DNA of 64,000 nucleotides from Eledone cirrhosa (lineage: Eukaryota). Both the position numbers and the translations under genes were made by a program. A model generated the notes under the pieces. It had not been told where the DNA came from. It ran no database searches and was given only the letters and a program-made list of their open reading frames with translations. How positions within the stretch are numbered: position 1 is the first letter of the stretch; each line of letters starts with the position of its first letter. The stretch is taken from assembly GCA_964016885.1 (NCBI GenBank), contig CAXHJY010000313.1, positions 1-64,000 of the forward strand. Reading direction: 5' to 3'. Below are positions 34,825-49,222 of the stretch, piece after piece.

Positions 34825-37505
34825 ATCATCATCATCATCATCACCGTTTTACGTCCGTTCTTCCACGCTAGCATGGGTTAGACGGGTTGTCCTGTTGTGG
34901 GCAGTGTCTGGTCGGCTGACCATGCCTTGCTCATACAGGAACTGATCTGGCTTGATTTCTACAGCTAGATGCCCTTCCTAACACCAACCTCATTTACAGT
35001 GAGTGCTGGGTGCTTTTTCGTGGCGCCTACACGTCCACTTTACAGTGTGGGCTGGGTGCTTTTTTGCCGTGGCCCCTCCACGGCCACCTTGCGGTGGGGG
35101 GGGGGGGCATATTGTTTATATGCTTCAGCATGTACCCATGGGAGGTCGGGTACCCTGTATTACTGCGTGACGCCAGAAGTCACGGTCGTGTGTCATTGAC
35201 TTTGAGAGGTGTAGTTGGGTAAGGTCGGCTTTTATCACCTCATCCCAAGTCATCTTGGGTCTCCCCACTCCGCGGTTTCCATCAACTTCTAGTGCTCTGC
35301 ACCTTTTTATGCAGCTGTCATCCTTCATACGCATCACATGTCCATACCAGCGTAACCGCCTCTCCTGCACGCAGCATTTGATTCCTCTTATGCTCAGTCT
35401 CTCTCTCAATTCATTTATGCTTTGTCGTTCACGTATATTACTGTTACACATCCATCGGAGCATGCAGGCTTCGTTTCTCTCTAATCTACGTAAGTCTTCC
35501 ACCTTCAGCGCCCAGGTCTCACTACCATGCAACATCGCTGTTCGGATACACGCATCATACAGTCTGATTTTCATTCTGAGGGAGAAGCCTTTTGCAGCTA
35601 GCAGTGGTAGTAGTTCCCTAAACTTCTTCCATCCCGTTCTTACCCTAGTTATTGTACTTTCTGAGCACCCACCTCCGTTGCTAATTCGGTCACCTAGGTA
35701 GCAGAAGCTGTCTACTGTTTCTACAGGGCCCTCCCAGAGATTGGTGGTACTTGTTTCCTGTGGCTGTTTGCTTGCTGTTTCAGCACAGCTGCTGCATGTG
35801 AATCCTACATTCTTAATTAAGCTTCCTGAGATCCCGCTACATCTCTTGTGTACCCATTGTTTGCATTTGGGGCAGAGAATGGAGTTCCTACCTACACCTT
35901 TCCTACATACTGAGCAAGGCCATTTCCCTGAGGGGATCTGGGTTCTGTTTTCTCGTCTACTTACAAGGACCTTAGTCTTTGTCATGTTGACTTTGAGGCC
36001 CTTTCTCTCTAGTCCCTGCTTCCAGGTTTGGAATTTATTCTCTAGTTCTACCATAGATTCAGCTATGAGTGCGAGGTCATCAGCATACAGGAGTTCCCAT
36101 GGGCATCCGGTCTTAAACTCCTCCGTTATTGCCTGCAGGACTATGATGAACAGGAGAGGGCTAAGAACAGAGCCCTGGTGGACCCCAACCTGTACGCTAA
36201 ATTCCTCGCTATACTCATTGCCAATCCTAACTTTGCTGACTGCTCCCCTATACATGGCTTGTACCGCTTTCACAAGCCATTCATCTACTCCTAGTTTTCT
36301 AAGAGCCCACCAGATTACTGCACGTGGAACTCTGTCAAAGGCTTTCTCAAGGTCGACAAATGCCAAGTAGAGTGGCTTACTTTTAGCTAGGTACTTTTCC
36401 TGTAATTGCCTCACAAGGAAGAGGGCATCAGTGGTGCCTTTCCCTGGTACAAACCCAAATTGCATCACGTCTATATTCACCCGGTCCCTAATCAGCTGTG
36501 CTATAACTCTTTCTGTTACTTTCATGACCTGGTCCATCAACTTTATACCTCTATAGTTTCCTCTATCTAGTGCATCGCCTTTACCTTTGTAGCAGTTGAC
36601 AATGATGCTACTGCACCAATCTTTTGGTATGGCCCCCTCTAGTATTACCTGGTTAACGATACGTGTGGTTATAGTGTGACCTACAGACCCAGATGCCTTC
36701 AGCATCTCGGCAGCTGTACCCGATGGACCGGTTGCCTTCCCTATCTTCATATCTCTGATTGCCTTACTTACTACGCTGCCGCTGACTTGTACTGCTGGTC
36801 CCTGTATAGGGTCTACGTGGGGTAGGGTCTCTTCTTCCCAAGCATTCTCCTCATTTAGTAATCTATCATAATGACTCTTCCATGCATCTTTCTTCTCAGC
36901 ACTTGTGAGGGCAAGCTCACCTTTATCATTCCGGATACACTTCTCTCCAATGACATCACAACTATCTCTGACACACTGCCTCGCAATCTTGAATACCTCC
37001 TGTTTCTGGTCCTCACGTTGTAAAACATGCTTGAATTTTCTATCCTCTGCTTCCCTCCTAGCTAAGTATACTTGTCGCCTAGCTTCCCTCTTGGTCTCTA
37101 TGTAATGTACCCTGCTCCCCCCGTTCTTCCATTCTTTCCATGCCTGTCTCTTGGCCTTGACTGCTTCATCTACCTTATTGTTCCACCACCAAGTCACTCT
37201 CCTCCTGCTTGAGGTCTTACTCCAGCCACAAACCTCATCCGTCGCCTCTAGTAAGTTATTTTTTAGGAACTCCCAGTTCTCTTCTACGTTAAATGTCTCT
37301 ATCTGTTCTTCTTTACTGTCGTAGGCGTTGAGTAAAATATCTTTAAATCTGTTACTGGTTGAGGGGACTTTCAGCTTCCAGATCTTTCTTCTCCAGGTTG
37401 GCCTCTGTTTCAGGGCTCGTCTAGTTCTGACCGTGAGGTCGCTGACAACTAAGCTATGTTGGGATGTACATTCCTCACTAGGGAAGGATTTTGTGTTTAC
37501 GTTGG
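34822..37505 (-). mobile_element. RTE family B, 5'-truncated, with an uninterrupted RT+PHD frame (35125-37501)
   Basis: Intact DLEKAFD and YADD. Near-identical to 44274-46939. The first ~115 aa of the listed 906-aa ORF are a TA/CR1-tail artefact. Confidence 0.95.
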
Positions 37506-37525
37506 GATATATATGTATATATGTG

Positions 37526-37592
<67 letters not shown>

Positions 37593-37670
37593 GTGTATAT
37601 ATATATATATATGTATATATGTATATATATATATAATGTATATATATATATATATATGTATATATATGTG

Positions 37671-37701
<31 letters not shown>

Positions 37702-37702
37702 G

Positions 37703-37755
<53 letters not shown>

Positions 37756-37756
37756 G

Positions 37757-37789
<33 letters not shown>

Positions 37790-37796
37790 GTATATA

Positions 37797-38745
37797 TAAC
37801 TTTGAATAACTTTGAAATGTTTTGGCCAGTATTGGCCCAGGCCATGTCTAACTTAATAGCACCACCTGGCGAAGTCTTTCAATTCAGGATTTGGGCACCA
37901 TGGCCCATTCGAGAAGAGAATTACTGTTTGCGGAGACATATCCGGGTGTGGGTGGTTTGTCCGGGATTACTTGGAGGAATTTGTCCAAAGACTTCTTGAA
38001 TTTTGTGTGGTCAGTTTCTGTTTTGACGTGTCCTGGTGTGATGTTGAAGAGAGCAGGGCCGATTGAGGTGAAATAATTGTGCCGTATTGTTGTTATGAGT
38101 TGCGATTTAGATTTTTGAATGGGATGGATAGCACGGGGCCCAAGCCTTGGGTGTATCTTGAAGGCGATGCCAACATCATTTGGGCAGTGATGATGGAACA
38201 TTTTCCACATCATGCAGATAATATAACGCTCACGGCGACGTTGGAGTGAGTAAAGTTTCAGGTTTTCTAATCGACCCCAGTAGTCAAGGTCTGACATGCC
38301 ATCTATCTTTTTCGTGATTGCCCTTTGAGGAGCTTCAAGTTTCATGATACTTTGTTTCGTGTGGGGAGACCACAGTGGACAACAGTATTCAAGGTGTGGT
38401 CGGGCAAAAGTAGAGAAGAGAAGGATAATGGTGTGGGAATCTCTCGACTGGAAGGTTCTGAGGATCCAGGAACACATTCTGCGGGCCATGTCAACTTTGC
38501 TGCTTATATGCGTGGTCCAGCTTATGTTGCTGTCCACGGTTACTCCCAAGTCTCTGATGTTGTTAGATGCCACGAGAGTTTCCCCGGAGGGAAGGGAGTA
38601 CGGGAGTTTCAGAGCATCCTCTTTTCCAAAGTGGATCAGTTCGACTTTGTCTTCGTTCAGTAACATGTTCTTTTCCGCCCATTGGGTAACAGCCAGTAGG
38701 TCTGACTGAAGGCTTATCCGGTCATCCACGCCATTGATGACCTTT
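37797..38745 (-). mobile_element. CR1-group LINE, 3' fragment
   Basis: ORF 37884..38729. Tail (TTCAAAGTTA)2. Confidence 0.93.
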
Positions 38746-40208
<1,463 letters not shown>

Positions 40209-43200
40209 ATTCATTCAATCTGAAAATATTGAAGAGATAAGACACTTTCCCATTCTTCTCTGCTAAAATGTATCACTAGAGTTGATTCCAATTTTTCCAG
40301 CCATCCATCTAATCTACGAAGGTATTTTAGCCTACATATTGTTGTTAATATTATGATGTTCCCTGCTGTATTAGCGTTAAATTTTCCCTGCTGTATTAGC
40401 GATAAATTTTCGAGGGTTTCTCTTAGTAGTTTTACATGACGTTATTATTGTTAATTTTACTGACGTAGTATTAACTTGGATATTTACCATGCGGTATTCT
40501 AATCCTATTGTATCTCTCTCAGTTATTTACCATGCGACCCTCAGTTCCTACCCCCCTCTCTATGCACTTCTTTAAGGCTTACTACCCTGTCTTTAACCTA
40601 ATTCATTCAATCTGAAAATATTGAAGAGATAAGACACTTTCCCATTCTTCTCTGCTAAAATGTATCACTAGAGTTGATTCCAATTTTTCCAGCCATCCAT
40701 CTAATCTACGAAGGTATTTTAGCCTACATATTGTTGTTAATATTATGATGTTCCCTGCTGTATTAGCGTTAAATTTTCCCTGCTGTATTAGCGATAAATT
40801 TTCGAGGGTTTCTCTTAGTAGTTTTACATGACGTTATTATTGTTAATTTTACTGATGTAGTATTAACTTGGATATTTACCATGCGGTATTCTAATCCTAT
40901 TGTATCTCTCTCAGTTATTTACCATGCGACCCTCAGTTCCTACCCCCCCTCTCTATGCACTTCTTTAAGGCTTACTACCCTGTCTTTAACCTAATTCATT
41001 CAATCTGAAAATATTGAAGAGATAAGACACTTTCCCATTCTTCTCTGCTAAAATGTATCACTAGAGTTGATTTCAATTTTTCCAGCCATCCATCTAATCT
41101 ACGAAGGTATTTTAGCCTACATATTGTTGTTAATATTATGATGTTCCCTGCTGTATTAGCGTTAAATTTTCCCTGCTGTATTAGCGATAAATTTTCGAGG
41201 GTTTCTCTTAGTAGTTTTTCATGACGTTATTATTGTTAATTTTACTGATGTAGTATTATCTTGGATATTTACCATGCGGTATTCTAATCCTATTGTATCT
41301 CTCTCAGTTATTTACCATGCGACCCTCAGTTCCTACCCCCCTCTCTATGCACTTCTTTAAGGCTTACTACCCTGTCTTTAACCTAATTCATTCAATCTGA
41401 AAATATTGAAGAGATAAGACACTTTCCCATTCTTCTCTGCTAAAATGTATCACTAGAGTTGATTCCAATTTTTCCAGCCATCCATCTAATCTACGAAGGT
41501 ATTTTAGCCTACATATTGTTGTTAATATTATGATGTTCCCTGCTGTATTAGCGTTAAATTTTCCCTGCTGTATTAGTGATAAATTTTCGAGGGTTTCTCT
41601 TAGTAGTTTTTCATGACGTTATTATTGTTAATTTTACTGATGTAGTATTAACTTGGATATTTACCATGCGGTATTCTAATCCTATTGTATCTCTCTCAGT
41701 TATTTACCATGCGACCCTCAGTTCCTACCCCCCCCCTCTCTATGCACTTCTTTAAGGCTTACTACCCTGTCTTTAACCTAATTCATTCAATCTGAAAATA
41801 TTGAAGAGATAAGACACTTTCCCATTCTTCTCTGCTAAAATGTATCACTAGAGTTGATTCCAATTTTTCCAGCCATCCATCTAATCTACGAAGGTATTTT
41901 AGCCTACATATTGTTGTTAATATTATGATGTTCCCTGCTGTATTAGCGTTAAATTTTCCCTGCTGTATTAGCGATAAATTTTCGAGGGTTTCTCTTAGTA
42001 GTTTTTCATGACATTATTATTGTTAATTTTACTGATGTAGTATTAACTTGGATATTTACCATGCGGTATTCTAATCCTATTGTATCTCTCTCAGTTATTT
42101 ACCATGCGACCCTCAGTTCCTACCCCCCTCTCTATGCACTTCTTTAAGGCTTACTACCCTGTCTTTAACCTAATTCATTCAATCTGAAAATATTGAAGAG
42201 ATAAGGCACTTTCCCATTCTTCTCTGCTAAAATGTATCACTAGAGTTGATTCCAATTTTTCCAGCCATCCATCTAATCTACGAAGGTATTTTAGCCTACA
42301 TATTGTTGTTAATATTATGATGTTCCCTGCTGTATTAGCGTTAAATTTTCCCTGCTGTATTAGCGATAAATTTTCGAGGGTTTCTCTTAGTAGTTTTTCA
42401 TGACGTTATTATTGTTAATTTTACTGATGTAGTATTAACTTGGATATTTACCATGCGGTATTCTAATCCTATTGTATCTCTCTCAGTTATTTACCATGCG
42501 ACCCTCAGTTCCTACCCCCCTCTCTATGCACTTCTTTAAGGCTTACTACCCTGTCTTTAACCTAATTCATTCAATCTGAAAATATTGAAGAGATAAGACA
42601 CTTTCCCATTCTTCTCTGCTAAAATGTATCACTAGAGTTGATTCCAATTTTTCCAGCCATCCATCTAATCTACGAAGGTATTTTAGCCTACATATTGTTG
42701 TTAATATTATGATGTTCCCTGCTGTATTAGCGTTAAATTTTCTCTGCTGTATTAGCGATAAATTTTCGAGGGTTTCTCTTAGTAGTTTTTCATGACGTTA
42801 TTATTGTTAATTTTACTGATGTAGTATTAACTTGGATATTTACCATGCGGTATTCTAATCCTATTGTATCTCTCTCAGTTATTTACCATGCGACCCTCAG
42901 TTCCTACCCCCCCTCTCTATGCACTTCTTTAAGGCTTACTACCCTGTCTTTAACCTAATTCATTCAATCTGAAAATATTGAAGAGATAAGACACTTTCCC
43001 ATTCTTCTCCTCTAAAATGTATCACTAGAGTTGAATCCAATTTTTCCAGCCATCCATCTAATCTACGAAGGTATTTTAGCCTACATATTGTTGTTAATAT
43101 TATGATGTTCCCTGCTGTATTAGCGTTAAATTTTCCCTGCTGTATTAGCGATAAATTTTCGAGGGTTTCTCTTAGTTTTTCATGACGTTATTATTGTTAA

Positions 43201-43296
43201 TTTTACTGATGTAGTATTATCTTGGATATTTACCATGCGGTATTCTAATCCTATTGTATCTCTCTGTTATTTACCATGCGACCCTCAGTTCCTACC
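40209..43296 (+). repeat. Tandem array of ~392-bp monomers (7 full plus 1 partial) heading the RTE-B element
   Basis: Unit starts at about 40209, 40601, 40994, 41386, 41781, 42173, 42565 and 42958. Near-identical; length varies in a C-run. Confidence 0.97.
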
Positions 43297-46200
43297 TCAC
43301 AATTCCCCCCCACCCCCCACACCACCATAGTCTATTCGACCAATCAAACCTAGCATGCCATTTCCACTGCTGCTGCTACTACCTGCCTAACTAACTCTCT
43401 CCTCCTCTGGCGCATCCCAACACACCCTGCCATTACCCCACCACCACTGTTCTTCTAGCCCTCATATTTCCCACCGTTATGGATGGATGAGCTGGGAATA
43501 CACGAGCAACTCTGAATCAATAGATGAAATATGAATCTGCGAGCTACCAAGCACCCACGTGAAGCGCCAACCCAGAGACGCTCCCCTACGAGTGTCGACA
43601 AATGCCCAAAACTCCGAGTTGGTACCATCAATGTAGGCTCAATGAAAGGAAGAGCAGGAGAAATCGTAGAAATGCTAGAGCGAAAGGAAGTTGATGTATG
43701 CTGTGTGCAAGAGACTAGATGGAGAGGAGGGTCTGCTAGAGTCCTTGTAGGAAAAAGTCAGTGCTACAAATTTTTCTGGGTGGGAAATGACGATGGGATG
43801 GGTGGTGTAGGTATACTATTAGCTGACAAGTGGGTAGATAAAGTAATCTCAGTGTACAGGGTAAATGCAAGAATCATTAAACTCAGACTAGTCCTGAATA
43901 AGACAATTACCACAATAATATCAGCTTACGCACCCCAATCGGGGCTGCCAGACGAACTTAAGGATAGGTTTTACGAGTCCCTAATACACACTACTGCTCT
44001 AACAGACGACAAGGACTTCCTAATCATTGCAGGAGATTTTAACGGACACGTAGGTAAACACTGCGACGGCTTCAATAGAGTACATGGAGGCCATGGAGTT
44101 GGCACAAGGAATGAGGAAGGATTCAGACTTCTAGAATTCTGCGACGCCAATGACATGTCGATATGTAACACAAACTTTAAAAAACCCGACAACCACCTGA
44201 TCACCTATAGATCAGGGGAGCATTCTAGTCAGTTAGATTTTATCCTCATCAGAGGACGTGACAGATGGACGGTCGTAAACACAAAAGCCTTCCCTAGTGA
44301 GGAATGTACATCCCAACATAGCTTAGTTGTCAGTGACCTCACGGTCAGAACTAGACGAGCCCTGAAACAGAGGCCAACCTGGAGAAGAAAGATCTGGAAG
44401 CTGAAAGTCCCCTCAACCAGTAACAGATTTAAAGATATTTTACTCAACGCCTACGACAGTAAAGAAGAACAGATAGACATTTAACGTAGAAGAGAACTGG
44501 GAGTTCCTAAAAAATAACTTACTAGAGGCGACGGATGAGGTTTGTGGCTGGAGTAAGACCTCAAGCAGGAGGAGAGTGACTTGGTGGTGGAACAATAAGG
44601 TAGATGAAGCAATAAAGGCCAAGAGACAGGCATGGAAAGAATGGAAGAACGGGGGGAGCAGGGTACATTACATAGAGACCAAGAGGGAAGCTAGGCGACA
44701 ACTATACTTAGCTAGGAGGGAAGCAGAGGATAGAAAATTCAAGCATGTTTTACAACATGAGGACCAGAAACAGGAGGTATTCAAGATTGCGAGGCAGTGT
44801 GTCAGAGATAGTTGTGATGTCATTGGAGAGAAGTGTATCCGGAATGATAAAGGTGAGCTTGCCCTCACAAGTGCTGAGAAGAAAGATGCATGGAAGAGTC
44901 ATTATGATAGATTACTAAATGAGGAGAATGCATGGGAAGAAGAGACCCTACCCCACGTAGACCCTATAGAGGGACCAGCAGTACAAGTCAGCGGCAGCGT
45001 AGTAAGTAAGGCAATCAGAGATATGAAGATAGGGAAGGCAACCGGCCATCGGGTATAGCTGCCGAGATGCTGAAGGCATCTGGGTCTGTAGGTCACACTA
45101 TAACCACACGTATCGTTAACCAGGTAATACTAGAGGGGGCCATACCAAAAGATTGGTGCAGTAGCATCATTGTCAACTGCTACAAAGGTAAAGGCGATGC
45201 ACTAGATAGAGGAAACTATAGAGGTATAAAGTTGATGGACCAGGTCATGAAAGTAACAGAAAGAGTTATAGCACAGCTGATTAGGGACCGGGTGAATATA
45301 GACGAGATGCAATTTGGGTTTGTACCAGGGAAAGGCACCACTGATGCCCTCTTCCTTGTGAGGCAATTACAGGAAAAGTACCTAACTAAAAGTAAGCCAC
45401 TCTACTTGGCATTTGTAAACCTTGAGAAAGCCTTTGACAGAGTTCCACGTGCAGTAATCTGGTGGGCTCTTAGAAAACTAGGAGTAGATGAATGGCTTGT
45501 GAAAGCGGTACAAGCCATGTATAGGGGAGCAGTCAGCAAAGTTAGGATTGGCAATGAGTATAGCGAGGAATTTAGCGTACAGGTTGGGGTCCACCAGGGC
45601 TCTGTTCTTAGCCCTCTCCTGTTCATCATAGTCCTGCAGGCAATAACGGAGGAGTTTAAGACCGGATGCCCATGGGAACTCCTGTATGCTGATGACCTCG
45701 CACTCATAGCTGAATCTATGGTAGAACTAGAGAATAAATTCCAAACCTGGAAGCAGGGACTAGAGAGAAAGGGCCTCAAAGTCAACATGACAAAGACTAA
45801 GGTCCTTGTAAGTAGACGAGAAAACAGAACCCAGATCCCCTCAGGGAAATGGCCTTGCTCAGTATGTAGGAAAGGTGTAGGTAGGAACTCCATTCTCTGC
45901 CCCAAATGCAAACAATGGGTACACAAGAGATGTAGCGGGATCTCAGGAAGCTTAATTAAGAATGTAGGATTCACATGCAGCAGCTGTGCTGAAACAGCAA
46001 GCAAACAGCCACAGGAAACAAGTACCACCAATCTCTGGGAGGGCCCTGTAGAAACAGTAGACAGCTTCTGCTACCTAGGTGACCGAATTAGCAACGGAGG
46101 TGGGTGCTCAGAAAGTACAATAACTAGGGTAAGAACGGGATGGAAGAAGTTTAGGGAACTACTACCACTGCTAGCTGCAAAAGGCTTCTCCCTCAGAATG

Positions 46201-46939
46201 AAAATCAGACTGTATGATGCGTGTATCCGAACAGCGATGTTGCATGGTAGTGAGACCTGGGCGCTGAAGGTGGAAGACTTACGTAGATTAGAGAGAAACG
46301 AAGCCTGCATGCTCCGATGGATGTGTAACAGTAATATACGTGAACGACAAAGCATAAAGGAATTGAGAGAGAGACTGAGCATAAGAGGAATCAAATGCTG
46401 CGTGCAGGAGAGGCGGTTACGCTGGTATGGACATGTGATGCGTATGAAGGATGACAGCTGCATAAAAAGGTGCAGAGCACTAGAAGTTGATGGAAACCGC
46501 GGAGTGGGGAGACCCAAGATGACTTGGGATGAGGTGATAAAAGCCGACCTTACCCAACTACACCTCTCAAAGTCTATGACACACGACCGTGACTTCTGGT
46601 GTCATGCAGTAATACAGGGTACCCGACCTCCCATGGGTACATGCTGAAGCATATAAACAATATGCCCCCCCACCGCAAGGTGGTCGTGGAGGTGCCATGG
46701 CAAAAAAGCACCCAGCCCACACTGTAAAGTGGACGTGTAGGCGCCACGAAAAAGCACCCAGCACTCACTGTAAATGAGGTTGGTGTTAGGAAGGGCATCC
46801 AGCTGTAGAAATCAGGCCAGATCAGTTCCTGTATGAGCAAGGCATGGTCAGCCGACCAGACACTGCCCACAACAGGACAACCCGTCTAACCCATGCTAGC
46901 GTGGAAGAACGGATGTAAAACGGTGATGATGATGATGAT
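43297..46939 (+). pseudogene. RTE family B, full-length coding region (APE-RT-PHD, 43531-46647) with two frameshifts
   Basis: 2-nt deletion at about 44478 and 1-nt deletion at about 45048 relative to the 34822 copy. Motif A Asp-to-Asn (FVNLEKAFD). (GAT)n tail. Confidence 0.95.
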
Positions 46940-47671
<732 letters not shown>

Positions 47672-49131
47672 ATCATCATCATCATCAACGTTTAACGTCC
47701 GTGTTCCACGCTTGCATGGGTTTGGACGGGGGTAGTCCCACTTGAGGCAAGAGTGATTGTCCTGCTCGCATAGGACTGTCTGGCAGGTTTTCTACAGTTG
47801 GATGCCCTTCCTAACACCAACCACATTTACAGTGTGGGTCTGGGAGGTTTTTACCGTGTTGCCTGCGTGGACTGTGTGTTTTTTTGTCGTGACACCTACA
47901 CGATCTCATTTGTTTCGGCCTGGATGGCGCGGCACCAACATAACTTTACATAGAACGGGGTGGTGTGGATGGGGTAGGGGTGGTGGTGGTGGGACGGGGT
48001 GTATTTTGTTAGAGATGCCTACTGGCTGGAGTAGGTTTTACTATATATTTAGGTAAGGCGGGTCTTCTCTGTTACTGAGTACCGCCAAAGGTCTCGGTCC
48101 AGTGACATTGTCTTAGAGAGGTGTAAGTGTGTGATGTCGGAGTTTATCAGCTCGTCCCTGGTTTTTCTAAGTCTGCCTATTCCGTGACTACCGTCTATCT
48201 TTATTGCCCTGCACTTTGTTATACAGCTATCGACTTTCATGCGCATCACGTGTCCATACCAACGTAGCCTTCTCTCGAGTAAACAGCATCTGATCCCTCT
48301 TATCTCTAATTTTTTCCTTAGTTCGTTTATGCTTTGCCGTTCACGTATATTACTGTTACACATCCAGCGGAGCATGCAAGCTTCGTTCCTCTCTAGTCTG
48401 CGTATATCCTCTGCACACAATGCCCAGGTCTCACTGCCATGCAGCATTGCTGTTCGTATGCAGGCATCGTACAACCTGCCTTTCATTTTTAGGGAGAACC
48501 CTTTAGCAGCTAATAGTGGTATAAGCTCTCTGAACTTTTTCCAACCAGTTCTGACTCTAGCTACAGTACTTTCAGAGCACCCTCCCCCACTGCTGATTTT
48601 ATCGCCCAGGTAACGGAAGCTGTCCACTATTTCTATAGAACCCTCTGCGCAATTGAAAGAGCTAGTATTTTGTGAGCACTTGCTGCTACTTATTGCACCA
48701 GAGCACCGCCCACATGTAAAATCTATGTTCTTAGTTAGCTTACCTGTGATCCCACTACATCTTTTATGCACCCATACTTTGCATTTGGGACATAAAATGG
48801 AGTTTCTACCTACGCCTTTCCTACACACTGAGCATGGCCATTTCCCGGAAGGGACCGCCGCCTTATTTTCTTTCCTACAAACTAAAACTTTAGTCCTAGC
48901 CAGGTTAATTTTAAGGCCTTTTGATTCTAGGCCGTGCTTCCAAGTTTGGAATTTCTTCTCTAGCTCGGCCATTGATTCAGCTATGAGTGTCAGGTCGTCT
49001 GCGTATAGGAGTTCCCATGGGCAACCGGTCTTGAACTCCTCTGTTATAGCCTGAAGGGCAATAATAAATAGTAGGGGGCTGAGAGCAGAGCCCAGATGGA
49101 CGCCAACTTTTACGCTAAACTCTTCACTATA
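47672..49131 (-). mobile_element. RTE family A, 5'-truncated
   Basis: YADD to EKTRLT*, followed by the 3' UTR and (GAT)n. Confidence 0.94.
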
Positions 49132-49222
49132 TTATATATATGTATTTATATATGTATCTATGTATATATATATATGTATCTATGTATATATATATATGTA
49201 TATATGTTTATATATGTATATA

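Noticed and set aside
35255-36370. Antisense ORFs opposite RTE and CR1 RT regions, repeated in several copies
   Set aside because: These are shadow frames of the RT ORF. They recur only because the elements are near-identical.
37460-37505. Shared 5'-truncation hotspot (RTE-B at ~37502 and RTE-A at ~51956 end within ~35 nt of the same position)
   Set aside because: Only two cases. Other copies truncate elsewhere, so coincidence cannot be excluded.
40209-43296. CRISPR-like or coding interpretation of the tandem array
   Set aside because: The units are contiguous near-identical ~392-mers with no unique spacers and no ORF of 60 aa or more.
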